A DNA stretch of 36,575 nt from a virus (taxonomy: Duplodnaviria > Caudoviricetes): IMG/VR virus record IMGVR_UViG_3300032753_000092, positions 1 through 36,575 of that record; one strand, written 5' to 3'. The translations under genes and the position numbers were made by a program. This document shows, piece after piece, positions 24,863 through 34,352 of the stretch (position 1 is the first letter of the stretch; the number at the start of each line of letters is the position of its first letter). Below the pieces are notes generated by a model, which saw only the letters and a list, made by a program, of their open reading frames with translations, did not search any database and was not told where the DNA came from.

Positions 24863-27373
24863 TTACTTTACACCATGCACTCTTCTTGATGAAGTTACTG
24901 GTGAAGTGTTTTGATTAATTTCTTTAGCATCATTTCTTACATCAGAGTTTACATCGTACAATGTAAGAGGAATATTTCTAAACACGTGAGAGTGATCACT
25001 TATTGCAATTGCATTAGGATTAGAAGCTAATCCGGTAACGTTTACGAACGGTGCAACTATATAACCACCAACATTACCGTTTTGATCTACCTTTAACCCT
25101 GTGGTAGCTGCATTTATTCTAGCTACAACAGCAGCTAATAGCCCACCAGCACCACCACCCGCAGCATCTGCTGTAGCTCCTGTAGCTGCATCAGCTTCAC
25201 TTAATTGTGTAATTTGAGCCATTTGAGGTGATGTCTTAATCTGGAAGTTAATAGGGCCAATTAATGTAACACCTTCTGTAATTGTACCTGGTTGTATTTG
25301 ACCAAATGCTGTTGTAGGTTGAGTTACTTGATACTCTGCAGGTGCAGTTACGTGCTGGACAAATAATTCACCTTCAACAGAAACTGCCCCGCCTACTACA
25401 ACGTTATTAGTTACACCTAAACTGTTTTGAATTAAAACTTGCTTTTGTTTTGTATTGCGTAATGATAATATTTCTGCAGATATATTAACTGTTTTAGCAT
25501 TAATATTAATTTCATTTTCACTAGAAACGTTTACTTGTTCACCAGTTACATTAGTTACCGTGCCAGTAATGTTAGTTGGACCCATTGACTTTAAGTTTAA
25601 CCCACCAGCACCGACCATTACATTATACCTATTACATACATTTAAGGTGTAATCACCACCTGGTAAATCTTGCACATGTACTAATTCAATTAATGGGCTT
25701 GGTGAATAATTTACATATGTGCCTAAATCATCAATTAACATTTCACTTGGTAACATTTTACCTACTGCGTCGTAACGAATGCTACCGTAATCATTAACTG
25801 TTAATCCAATTGTTTCAACCTTATGTTTAGCAATTTGTATTATTTCACTACCACCAATACCTAAGTTCTTTTCAATTTGAGTTAACGTTGGTAATGTAGC
25901 TTCAGTTAATTGTTTGATTAAATCTTTTCTAGGATCTATTAACCAATTACCACCTTGCGATGATGGACTTAAACCAGGTACACCGCTCCAAGTAATACCA
26001 CTTTCTTCTGTATAGTTTACTAAACTAGGAAATACTGTAGGCTGTGCTGGTAAAGAAACTACATTTAATCTTAACGGACCATTTGCAAAACTATTAGCAA
26101 TATCACCCATAGTTTTGGTTATAAGATCAGGTAAGAATGAAGAATTTTCGTTTAATGCGTAATATGTTTGATTGATTGCTGGGTGAGGAGCAAAAGTACC
26201 TACTCTAGTTTGGTTAGGACTGTTTCTCTTTATTACAACATTACCATAAGGATCTTCTACATTGCTTGGTACTGCTCTTTGTATTTCAAATAACTGCTTA
26301 TTGTCTTGAATAGGAGCATAAGTAGATTTCCAACTTTCCATTGCATCTGCTGCACTTAAGCTTCCTATTTTTGTGTATCTATCTCTTATAACGTTTTCGT
26401 CTAATGATTTACCTACCCAAATATTTTTAAAGCCCCTTGTAGTTTCATAACTATCATTTAAGGTTAATTTTTGATCATTATTAACTGCTAACTCAATATT
26501 AGCTTGATTATTAAACTCTTTAAATGAACCAGAATAGTGGGTAAACTTTAAACTCTCTTTTAAATCAGTATTGGTTACTTCTATAGTACCACCTTTTTGA
26601 TTTATAACGTATTTGTTTCTATATGTTTCAACGTTTACATCATTAGGTGTAACTGCAGAACTTTTGTTTTCGTACGTTTCAGGGTAATCTATACCTGGTG
26701 TTTCATAAGAATTGTATATACCAGACCAATCTACTTCACCTCTTGATACTGCAAAGTAAACAGGTAATGTTGGGTTACCTTCTCTAAAAAATACCCATAC
26801 ATGGCTACCAACAGCTGGTATACCAAATGAACCTTTTGCTCTATTAGAGTAAGTGCTTGGAACGTATTCGTAAGCAAGAGGATTTGGTCTGTTAATATTA
26901 TCTGCTGCATTAACAAATGCGTCAGTTAATCTATTGTTAGGGTCTTCAAAAAAAGCTCCTGGTTTACCTGGTGTATCAGCTGCACTAGAAGTACTTTGTG
27001 AAAAGGTATTATAGTAATTTGAATCTGATATATTAGCAAAGTTGTTATAATTGTTATACCTACCACTAGTGTCTTCACTAGTTAAAGGAGATGCACAATA
27101 AGCCCAAGGTAATACTATTTTTAATTCTTCAATGATTGGAGTTAAACCTTGATAGTTGTTAGCAGCTCCACCAGACAAAGTTGCCTGTATCGTGGTATCT
27201 AAATTAGCGCCTATAAACTTAAACTTTTTGTTTTGTTTGTTATTGACCCATTTACTATATACAGTTGCAGATACGTGAGGTACAAACACCTTTACTTTAC
27301 CTGCTCTATCAGGGTCATCGTTTTGTATTACTATACCAACGTAATTACCGTAAAACTTTTTAAATTCTTTCAT
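24863..27373 (-). CDS. Baseplate hub/central spike protein, gp5/VgrG-like, without lysozyme domain
   Basis: GIVIQNDDPDRAGKVKV, PWA, PAVGSHVWVFFREGNP (gp5 OB fold); beta-helix-like C-terminal region; terminal HSH. Confidence 0.8.
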   Translation of the reverse strand: MKEFKKFYGNYVGIVIQNDDPDRAGKVKVFVPHVSATVYSKWVNNKQNKKFKFIGANLDTTIQATLSGGAANNYQGLTPIIEELKIVLPWAYCASPLTSEDTSGRYNNYNNFANISDSNYYNTFSQSTSSAADTPGKPGAFFEDPNNRLTDAFVNAADNINRPNPLAYEYVPSTYSNRAKGSFGIPAVGSHVWVFFREGNPTLPVYFAVSRGEVDWSGIYNSYETPGIDYPETYENKSSAVTPNDVNVETYRNKYVINQKGGTIEVTNTDLKESLKFTHYSGSFKEFNNQANIELAVNNDQKLTLNDSYETTRGFKNIWVGKSLDENVIRDRYTKIGSLSAADAMESWKSTYAPIQDNKQLFEIQRAVPSNVEDPYGNVVIKRNSPNQTRVGTFAPHPAINQTYYALNENSSFLPDLITKTMGDIANSFANGPLRLNVVSLPAQPTVFPSLVNYTEESGITWSGVPGLSPSSQGGNWLIDPRKDLIKQLTEATLPTLTQIEKNLGIGGSEIIQIAKHKVETIGLTVNDYGSIRYDAVGKMLPSEMLIDDLGTYVNYSPSPLIELVHVQDLPGGDYTLNVCNRYNVMVGAGGLNLKSMGPTNITGTVTNVTGEQVNVSSENEININAKTVNISAEILSLRNTKQKQVLIQNSLGVTNNVVVGGAVSVEGELFVQHVTAPAEYQVTQPTTAFGQIQPGTITEGVTLIGPINFQIKTSPQMAQITQLSEADAATGATADAAGGGAGGLLAAVVARINAATTGLKVDQNGNVGGYIVAPFVNVTGLASNPNAIAISDHSHVFRNIPLTLYDVNSDVRNDAKEINQNTSPVTSSRRVHGVK

Positions 27374-28176
27374 TGTATTGTGTTAATTATTGTCGGTGGT
27401 ACTATTGGTGCTGCACCTAATTCCGTTACCACAGACGATTGCATTACAGCATTATTTATAGAGTTATTTTTATCAACAACTGCTTGAGCAGCATTGTTGA
27501 TAGCTTGTTGTGTAACGTTAGCAGTAAATTCTTTATTATATGCTGGATCTTCTTGTAATCTCTTTATTTGAGAATTAGTTAAGTTAGTTGTGCTGTTAGT
27601 AATGGTGCTGTTAATTGAAGCTTGTACTGCACTCACCTGTGCAATTGTTTGTGTATTACCACTAGCTACTTTTATTTCTCCTTGAACTAAATCTTTAACG
27701 TTTTTAGTTTGAGTTTTAAAAAGTTGAGATACTTTGTTTATTTCTGATATTACAGCTTGATCTATACTAGATACAGTACTGGCTATTCCATTTACTAGGT
27801 TTGTAACTGAGTTAACTGCAGCTGTTGCTCCTGCCAAAGCATTTTTAATTAAACCAGAAGCTAAATTGCTAACATCTTTATAAGCAGTGTTTAAAACTCC
27901 CCCAACGAAACCCAATGCTGAACTAGAGTTTAGGTTTTCAATACTACCAAACATTGAAGATAGTTTTTGTTGAAATGGTGTTAAAGAACCTAATAAACCA
28001 CTACCTATGCTTCCTAATTTGCCTAATAGACTTCCAAAACTAGGTAGCCCTATTTTTGGTACAGAATAAACTAACAACGCGGGTAAGGCTAACTTTGGTA
28101 ATTTAATTCTAGGTATACGCAAAGCCACCTTAAATGATGACTTTTGTAATAAACCAAATAAATTAGATAACCCCAT
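27370..28176 (-). CDS. Ser/Ala/Asn-rich putative tail/baseplate structural protein
   Basis: TAAATA 6 nt upstream; coupled to the gp5-like gene; low-complexity helical composition. Confidence 0.55.
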   Translation of the reverse strand: MGLSNLFGLLQKSSFKVALRIPRIKLPKLALPALLVYSVPKIGLPSFGSLLGKLGSIGSGLLGSLTPFQQKLSSMFGSIENLNSSSALGFVGGVLNTAYKDVSNLASGLIKNALAGATAAVNSVTNLVNGIASTVSSIDQAVISEINKVSQLFKTQTKNVKDLVQGEIKVASGNTQTIAQVSAVQASINSTITNSTTNLTNSQIKRLQEDPAYNKEFTANVTQQAINNAAQAVVDKNNSINNAVMQSSVVTELGAAPIVPPTIINTIQ

Positions 28177-28195
28177 ATATTATATTTAAACGGTA

Positions 28196-28222
28196 TTGAT
28201 TTTATCGGAATATTGCTATAAT
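28196..28222 (+). promoter_or_regulatory. Extended -10 sigma70-type promoter for the deazaguanine cassette
   Basis: TGcTATAAT (28214-28222), TTGATT at 28196 (15-nt spacer); ATG 28230 is 7 nt downstream. Confidence 0.55.
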
Positions 28223-28229
28223 AGTGTAT

Positions 28230-29033
28230 ATGTCAAATAGAATATTAGTATCACACGAATCTCCTATATCAATGTTAGATCAATCAATAGTGTATAATGA
28301 TTACGATTACGCTTTGGTGCACCTCTTTGAAAAGTATCCAGAGTATTATGACTTTTTTAAGAAGTCATTACTAAGAGGTCGTAGTGTACTACTAGACAAT
28401 AGCATATTTGAATTGGGTAAAGCATTTGATGGTGAAAAGTACGCTAACTATATTAAGGAATTAAAACCAAGTTACTATATTGTACCTGATGTACTTGAAG
28501 ATGGTTATGCAACGGTTAAAAGCTTTGCAGACTTTACTACAAAATTTACTGACTTACCGGGCCTTAAAATTGGTGCGGTACAAGGTAAAACATATGATGA
28601 GTTAGTAGATGTATACAAGTATATGAGTGAATATGCTGACTACATTGCAATTAGTTTTGACTTTTCATATTATCTTGTAACCGGTAGAGGTAAAACTAAG
28701 TTAGAAAGATTTGCATCAGGTAGACAGAACTTTATTCAGGACTTAATTAATGATGGTGTTTGGAATTGGAATAAGCCTCATCACCTATTAGGTTGTTCGT
28801 TAGCTAAAGAGTTTAGCTACTATCCTAATAATAACATTTATAACATTAGAAGTGTTGATACATCCAATCCAGTAGTTGCTGGGTTACAAGGTTTAACTTA
28901 TAATGGTGATCTTGGTTTACAAGAAAAGCCAACAGTTAAGTTAGCAGATCTTATTGATACTGAAGTAAATGCAGATCAATTAAGGGATATTTCATATAAT
29001 GTAGTTCAATTCAAAAATATACTAAAACGATGA
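28230..29033 (+). CDS. TGT/DpdA-fold guanine transglycosylase-like protein
   Basis: LLDNSIFE, IVPDV, GAVQG, HHLLG and SVDTSNP align by eye with TGT DSGG, D, GIVQG, LxG and catalytic D motifs; no C-terminal Zn site; two genes upstream of queF. Confidence 0.7.
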   Translation: MSNRILVSHESPISMLDQSIVYNDYDYALVHLFEKYPEYYDFFKKSLLRGRSVLLDNSIFELGKAFDGEKYANYIKELKPSYYIVPDVLEDGYATVKSFADFTTKFTDLPGLKIGAVQGKTYDELVDVYKYMSEYADYIAISFDFSYYLVTGRGKTKLERFASGRQNFIQDLINDGVWNWNKPHHLLGCSLAKEFSYYPNNNIYNIRSVDTSNPVVAGLQGLTYNGDLGLQEKPTVKLADLIDTEVNADQLRDISYNVVQFKNILKR

Positions 29034-29581
29034 TTATTGCTTTTACAGGTGCACAAAGTTCGGGAAAAAGTACTCTTCTTTCTAAAATGCGGGAAGATAA
29101 GTACTTTAAGGATTGGAATTTTGAAGCTGAAATAACTAGACAGCTGAAAGAGAAGTACAAGTTATCTATTAATGAAGACGGGGATAACTTTACTCAGATG
29201 ATTACTATTCATAGTCATATTGATAAATATCTTAAGAATAAAGATGCTAACTGTGTGTTAGATAGATGTTGTTTAGATGCATTAGTTTATACAACATATC
29301 TTTCATATATGAAAAAGTGTGATGAAGAGTTGGGGTATTATTCTGAGTATATTTGTAAGAAACTTATCGGTAAGTATGATATTATCTTTTATACTGATCC
29401 ATCTATTCCGTTGGTTGATGACGGGGTTAGAAGTGTTGATGTAGATTTTAGAAATAAAGTAATACAATTATTTGATTTTTATATTGAGCATTTCAATCCT
29501 AAAAACGTTGTTAAGTTAGCAGGTACAGTAGAACAGAGATATAAAATTATTAAAAAAGAGATTGAAAAGATAAAAAAATAA
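29030..29581 (+). CDS. P-loop NMP-kinase-like protein (AAA_28-like)
   Basis: GAQSSGKST, DRCCLDALVY, DDGVRS, GTVEQR. Confidence 0.78.
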   Translation: MIIAFTGAQSSGKSTLLSKMREDKYFKDWNFEAEITRQLKEKYKLSINEDGDNFTQMITIHSHIDKYLKNKDANCVLDRCCLDALVYTTYLSYMKKCDEELGYYSEYICKKLIGKYDIIFYTDPSIPLVDDGVRSVDVDFRNKVIQLFDFYIEHFNPKNVVKLAGTVEQRYKIIKKEIEKIKK

Positions 29582-29589
29582 CATATAAT
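29562..29589 (+). promoter_or_regulatory. Sigma70-type promoter upstream of queF
   Basis: TTGAAA, 16 nt, TATAAT; ATG 29596 is 6 nt downstream. Confidence 0.5.
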
Positions 29590-29595
29590 TAAATT

Positions 29596-30549
29596 ATGAG
29601 CAATCAAGTATTAGACAATTCAAATATTAACGTACATTTAGGTAAAACATCGCAGTATAAAAATACATACGATAAAACATTGCTTGTTAAGGAGCCAAGA
29701 CAAAATAATCGCACTTACTTAGGTATTCAAAATGAGAGTTTACCTTTCGTTGGGTTTGATACTTGGAATGCTTATGAATGTTCATTCTTACTTAGTAACG
29801 GTTGCCCAGTAACTGGTGTTACTAAGATTTGTTACCCAGCCGATAGTAAGTATATTGTTGAGAGTAAATCTATTAAGCTATACTTTAATAGCTTTAATAT
29901 GGAGAAGATGGGTGGTAATATTAGAGATGCAATTCTTAAGTTTAAGAATACTGCAAGTGCTGATCTATCTGACTTACTTGGTACTCATGCAAGGGTTAGT
30001 TTCTTACCAGGTCATTTAGTAGATAAGACTGAAGTAAGTGCTCATGATTTTTATGATAAAGAGCTCTTTAAGACTGTAGAGAATGAGATACCTGAAGAAG
30101 AGTTAATGAAGATTCAGTTCAATACATATACTGAAACACCTGAACTATTACAACAGGATATGAGTCTTAATACTAGTGAGTTTGACTATACTGAGCAATA
30201 CTATCATTCAGGTTTATTAAAGAGTAATTGCCGTGTTACAAGTCAACCAGATTGGGGTGATATTTACATCTATATGAAATCTAACTCTATTGTAGATAAG
30301 GTTTCATTGTTAAAGTATATCGTATCATTTAGAGATGAATGTCACTTCCATGAAGAGATTTGTGAATGTGTGTATAAACGTTTGCATGATATCTTTAAAC
30401 CTACAGAATTATTTGTAATGTGTTTATATGCACGTCGTGGTGGTATAGATATCAATCCCGTAAGAGCATCTAGTCAAGAACTAATGTTCAAACTAAGTAA
30501 GAACTTATACGATATCTACGGACCGCACGTGAAGACATCCAAACAATAA
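29596..30549 (+). CDS. queF: NADPH-dependent 7-cyano-7-deazaguanine (preQ0) reductase, bimodular type
   Basis: LGK...Y...LL, G.D.WNAYE.S, IVESKSIKLYFNSF (QueF motif), LKSNC.VTSQPDW, FHEE.CE, YARRGGIDINP.R. Confidence 0.93.
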   Translation: MSNQVLDNSNINVHLGKTSQYKNTYDKTLLVKEPRQNNRTYLGIQNESLPFVGFDTWNAYECSFLLSNGCPVTGVTKICYPADSKYIVESKSIKLYFNSFNMEKMGGNIRDAILKFKNTASADLSDLLGTHARVSFLPGHLVDKTEVSAHDFYDKELFKTVENEIPEEELMKIQFNTYTETPELLQQDMSLNTSEFDYTEQYYHSGLLKSNCRVTSQPDWGDIYIYMKSNSIVDKVSLLKYIVSFRDECHFHEEICECVYKRLHDIFKPTELFVMCLYARRGGIDINPVRASSQELMFKLSKNLYDIYGPHVKTSKQ

Positions 30550-30555
30550 GACAAT

Positions 30556-30591
30556 AAGAAACCCGATATCTTTCGATATCGGGCTCTTTTT
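30556..30591. terminator. Bidirectional intrinsic terminator between convergent queF and gp23
   Basis: Perfect stem CCCGATATC (30562-30570)/GATATCGGG (30575-30583), GAAA loop on the minus strand, T-rich tails on both strands. Confidence 0.85.
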
Positions 30592-30607
30592 GTAAGTAAG
30601 CTTGATC

Positions 30608-32143
30608 TTAGAAGTATACTGCCTGAGTTGCAGGAGTAAAACTTTGACCGAGGCCACTAACGAGGATGACGTGGTAATAAAGACTTGCACCGAAAATGTT
30701 ATCTACAACACCATAACGTGTTAATAGACCAACTCTTGGAGCAAAGTCGTTCTGACCGATCGTGCGCTGAACCATAACTGGAATGTATGGGCAGTAGATA
30801 ATACCTGTGTCGTAGAACTCAGGTCCTTTATAGCCTAATAGGGCATATTCAGGACGTGCGCCTGCGGTACCATTAGGTCCTACAGTGCCGTATTCACCGG
30901 CCATATAGTTACCATCGGTACGTGTATCACGATAAACGTTGAAACGTCCACCGAGGTTACCTACTTTAGCAACGCCAACAGGCTGTGTATTTACATTACC
31001 TTGAACTGGTACCCATTGGAATTCAGGTAACATTTCGAGGATAGCTGCAACGCGAGGTGTAGCAACAACGAAGTTAGCTGCTCCACGACGGTTACGAACT
31101 GCAATACGATTTGCTTCAATAATTAATCTCTGATAGAAGTCACGATTACGTTCTACTAACCAACGGCCGTCAGCTGAAGCTGGCGACCATACAGAATAAC
31201 CATTACCGAACCCAGCATTGAGTGCGATTTGGATCATTCTGATTAACATTTCACGGTCAATTTCTGCCTGAATTTCGTACGACATAGCGTTCGTTAATTC
31301 AGTATCGATATCAATACCGTTCATGTTCTTCAAGTCTTGTTCGAGTTCAACTGACCAGTTAGCACCTAAGCGTCTTGTACCAGCTTCAACTGCAGTCTTT
31401 TCAAATGTTACTTCGAATGTAGGAATTGCGTTCGTTAATTCGTAGTTTTGTAAGAGAGCAGCGATACCTTGGTCTACTGACTGTGTGCCAGCAGGACCAC
31501 CTGTAATCCACTGTGTTAAGGTACCATAAGCACCTTGTGAACCAGATAGATAAGCAGCGGTAGTACCGGTATAAGCGGTCTGTAAGTACTGATATCCAGC
31601 TTCATTACCTGCTGCTTCAGCCAAGATTGATGGCTGAGAAGGAGGATAATTTGTACCAGAACCTGCACCGTCATTTGTTCCAAGGGTTTGACCCGTGTAA
31701 CGGTAACGTAATGCAAATGCTAGTCCAACTGGACCGGCCATTGGTTGAACACCAACGATCTCGTTTGTGATTAACTCGGGAAAAGTACGTCTAATCATCG
31801 GAATCAAGATCTTCGGTAGGCGGAAGTCACCTGTTGCGTATGTGTCTGTACCTTGTGTACCTGTAACTGTTGTACCGGCATACATTGTAGCTGCATTACC
31901 AACTGCACCTGGGTTACCAGCACGATTAATGCCAGATGAACCTGGGTTATAGTTTGGACCTGCTTCACGAATACACCACTGCTCTTGGTTCTCAAGTAGC
32001 ATAGCTGTATTCAAGCGTGTGTGATCGTCTTCGATTGCTGCAACACTCTTTGAAGTATAATCGAGCACTGGTGCCCATTTTTCAAGGAGAGCTGCTGCTC
32101 TTGTTTCATCGATATAGGCCTGTGTAGGTCTAATTGATTTCAT
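30608..32143 (-). CDS. gp23: Major capsid protein, T4 gp23-like
   Basis: LLEKWAPVL, LLENQ, IVGVQPM.GP.GL.FALR, WSVELEQDLK, EIDRE, YCPYIP, TRYG; AAGGA ribosome-binding site upstream. Confidence 0.96.
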   Translation of the reverse strand: MKSIRPTQAYIDETRAAALLEKWAPVLDYTSKSVAAIEDDHTRLNTAMLLENQEQWCIREAGPNYNPGSSGINRAGNPGAVGNAATMYAGTTVTGTQGTDTYATGDFRLPKILIPMIRRTFPELITNEIVGVQPMAGPVGLAFALRYRYTGQTLGTNDGAGSGTNYPPSQPSILAEAAGNEAGYQYLQTAYTGTTAAYLSGSQGAYGTLTQWITGGPAGTQSVDQGIAALLQNYELTNAIPTFEVTFEKTAVEAGTRRLGANWSVELEQDLKNMNGIDIDTELTNAMSYEIQAEIDREMLIRMIQIALNAGFGNGYSVWSPASADGRWLVERNRDFYQRLIIEANRIAVRNRRGAANFVVATPRVAAILEMLPEFQWVPVQGNVNTQPVGVAKVGNLGGRFNVYRDTRTDGNYMAGEYGTVGPNGTAGARPEYALLGYKGPEFYDTGIIYCPYIPVMVQRTIGQNDFAPRVGLLTRYGVVDNIFGASLYYHVILVSGLGQSFTPATQAVYF

Positions 32144-32237
32144 ATTTGTTATTTTCCTTTATAATCTATAATAATCGACCCCAAAACCATTGTGAGTGGT
32201 TAGGTAACTCAGGAGATAACCTTTTAGAAAGTGTTTC

Positions 32238-33074
32238 TTAGTACTTACTTAATTCTTTTAAGTAAGGAGAGAGTGTAACGTCTTCATTGATCACTTCTGC
32301 TTGTTCAAAAACAACGCGATCGACGTTTGTACTCTCGGTAAGAGCTTCTTCTTTTAAGGACTCAAGTCTGTTATTGCTCTTCTTATCAAACAACTTTAAA
32401 GTGTAATCAAAGTTCTCTTTAATGAACTCTGGTGACTTATTAGAAAATACTTTCTTAATGTATTTCTTTTGTTGTTCGTCAAGATTTTGCGTACGCTGTT
32501 CGATTACTAAACTTGCCTTAATGGCATTTAGTTCATCTTTTAGCGTTGCATTCTCGGCAACGACAGACTCAAGCTTGCTAGAAGCTTCATTTATTTGGTT
32601 TCTTCCGTCAAGAATTGCTTCTTTAATACTCTCTTTTTGTAGAGCAGCATCGACGGCCAAATGGGATCTTAGATTTTCTAGAACTGTAATAGCTTTCTTA
32701 TTACGTACAGCCTCTTTAATTTCTTCAGCTGGGACTGTTTCTTCTAGATATGTATCTAAATAATCACTGATAGATTCAACTAACTGTGATTTGAAATTGT
32801 TTGCATCTTCAGTAAGAATCTTTTCATACTTGTTGATGACTATTTTGAGCTTTTCTGCTCTATCTGCATCCACTGCTTCAACAACTTTTTCTAATTTGGT
32901 TGAGTGGTCAGCATCAATTGCTTCTAATAATTGGGAAAGCTTCTTGCTGTATAATTCATCTTGTTCGGCTAGTGCCTTTTCAACGTGAATTTGTACTTTT
33001 TCTTGGACCTTGCTGTTAATTGCGTTTTGAATCTCGGTCATTGATTCTGGAGTTAAATCTTTTAAGGTTTCCAT
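32238..33074 (-). CDS. gp22: Prohead core scaffolding protein, T4 gp22-like
   Basis: Acidic coiled coil with LVESISDYLD; lies between the protease and capsid genes. Confidence 0.8.
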   Translation of the reverse strand: METLKDLTPESMTEIQNAINSKVQEKVQIHVEKALAEQDELYSKKLSQLLEAIDADHSTKLEKVVEAVDADRAEKLKIVINKYEKILTEDANNFKSQLVESISDYLDTYLEETVPAEEIKEAVRNKKAITVLENLRSHLAVDAALQKESIKEAILDGRNQINEASSKLESVVAENATLKDELNAIKASLVIEQRTQNLDEQQKKYIKKVFSNKSPEFIKENFDYTLKLFDKKSNNRLESLKEEALTESTNVDRVVFEQAEVINEDVTLSPYLKELSKY

Positions 33075-33075
33075 A

Positions 33076-33210
33076 TTAGAAAATGTTGCTATTATTATTT
33101 ATTATCTTACGTTTAATTTTTTCATTAACGCTCGCTTTAAGATAGTCATTTGCTTGTTTAAATCTTTGATCAAGCACTGCAGCGATAAACTTTTTAATGT
33201 CTTTCTTCAT
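33076..33210 (-). CDS. Small prohead core protein, gp67-like (44 aa, not in the ORF track)
   Basis: MKKDIKKFIAAVLDQRFKQANDYLKASVNEKIKRKIINNNSNIF; exactly fills the gp21-gp22 gap. Confidence 0.65.
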   Translation of the reverse strand: MKKDIKKFIAAVLDQRFKQANDYLKASVNEKIKRKIINNNSNIF

Positions 33211-33212
33211 CG

Positions 33213-33875
33213 TTATAATTTATTTATGAAAGATAAGATGGTTTGACGTAAGTATTCGTCTTTATTCTTAAGAGGAAGTGTACTAATACCCTTTTCAAAT
33301 TTATCATATAGTTCAGCAAATGATCCATCTGCTTCTAATACATATTGCTTACTTTCAAGAATTCCATTAACAAAAGCTTTATCAAAGCTAGGATCTGCTA
33401 CAACGTCAACGGCTACTAATCTAAAGTCTTTAACTCTGTTAACGCCATTTGACTCTGCAACTAATTGACCTAAACCTCTTGTACTAACACCAATTTTAAC
33501 ACCATCTTCAATAAGACTACGAACAATTAAACCTGTAGGCGTTGATAAAATCTTGCTCTTACCGTAAAATACGTTACCATCTTGCTTTAACTCTGTAATG
33601 ATATGACAAGCCCGAGTTAAGTCAACATCAGCTGTTGTTGGGTGGTTTAGCTCACCCATTGCTCTACCCTCTTTAATCATTTCACGGGTATAACGATCGA
33701 CTTCCGTTTTCATCTCATTTAGTGAGTAGATTCTACGGTTACGATTAGCACCTTCAGCCATCATGAAAGGTCCTTTTATATAGTAGTTTCTTGGTTGGTT
33801 AGAATTCTTTTCCTCAACGATATATTCAAAATCGTTGTTATTTGTAGGTGTTTCTACAATAAGTTTAAAACTCAT
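33213..33875 (-). CDS. gp21: Prohead protease, T4 gp21-like
   Basis: IKGPFM..E..NRNRRIY, AMGELNHP, TPTG, GVSTRGLG, DVVADPS..AFV. Confidence 0.93.
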   Translation of the reverse strand: MSFKLIVETPTNNNDFEYIVEEKNSNQPRNYYIKGPFMMAEGANRNRRIYSLNEMKTEVDRYTREMIKEGRAMGELNHPTTADVDLTRACHIITELKQDGNVFYGKSKILSTPTGLIVRSLIEDGVKIGVSTRGLGQLVAESNGVNRVKDFRLVAVDVVADPSFDKAFVNGILESKQYVLEADGSFAELYDKFEKGISTLPLKNKDEYLRQTILSFINKL

Positions 33876-33905
33876 ATGTTATTATTTATTATCGCGCGTG
33901 CCTAA

Positions 33906-34352
33906 TCAACGGATGCCTAGCTCTTTTTCCGTTAATATAACAAATTGACAGCCTTTCTTTTCTGCCCACTTTTTAGCAGCCTCCCATTTGGCTTGATTAG
34001 TTATCCAAGTAGTTTGTTCATATAACATAGTAGATTGTTTTTTTCTTGAATTTGAAATGGGTTTTTCTACTTGTTTACTTGGTTTTATTTCAATTAAAAA
34101 CTTCTGTTTCTCTCCTTTACTATCTTTAAACACTACATAGTTATCAACAAAGTATCTATGCACTTTATTGTCTAGTGGGTTGATGTAAGGTATGATAACA
34201 TTTTCACTACCCCAAGCTAATACATTTTCATTGAGATCAGCCCATCTAAAAAACTTCAATTCCCAACTTGATCTATATTGAGGATAATTACTACCAACGT
34301 ACTTACCACTATTTTGTGGTCTAAAGATACCCTGCTTAAAATAGGTTTCCAT
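33906..34352 (-). CDS. gp4: Head completion nuclease, T4 gp4-like (TnsA-type fold)
   Basis: YRSSWE, WGSE..IPY, HRYFVD, IEIKP, NQAKWEAA, ILTE. Confidence 0.9.
   Translation of the reverse strand: METYFKQGIFRPQNSGKYVGSNYPQYRSSWELKFFRWADLNENVLAWGSENVIIPYINPLDNKVHRYFVDNYVVFKDSKGEKQKFLIEIKPSKQVEKPISNSRKKQSTMLYEQTTWITNQAKWEAAKKWAEKKGCQFVILTEKELGIR

Noticed and set aside
33906-34352. TnsA-like nuclease as sign of a transposon or homing endonuclease
   Set aside because: Motifs and location fit the T4 gp4 head-completion protein; no transposase or terminal repeats.
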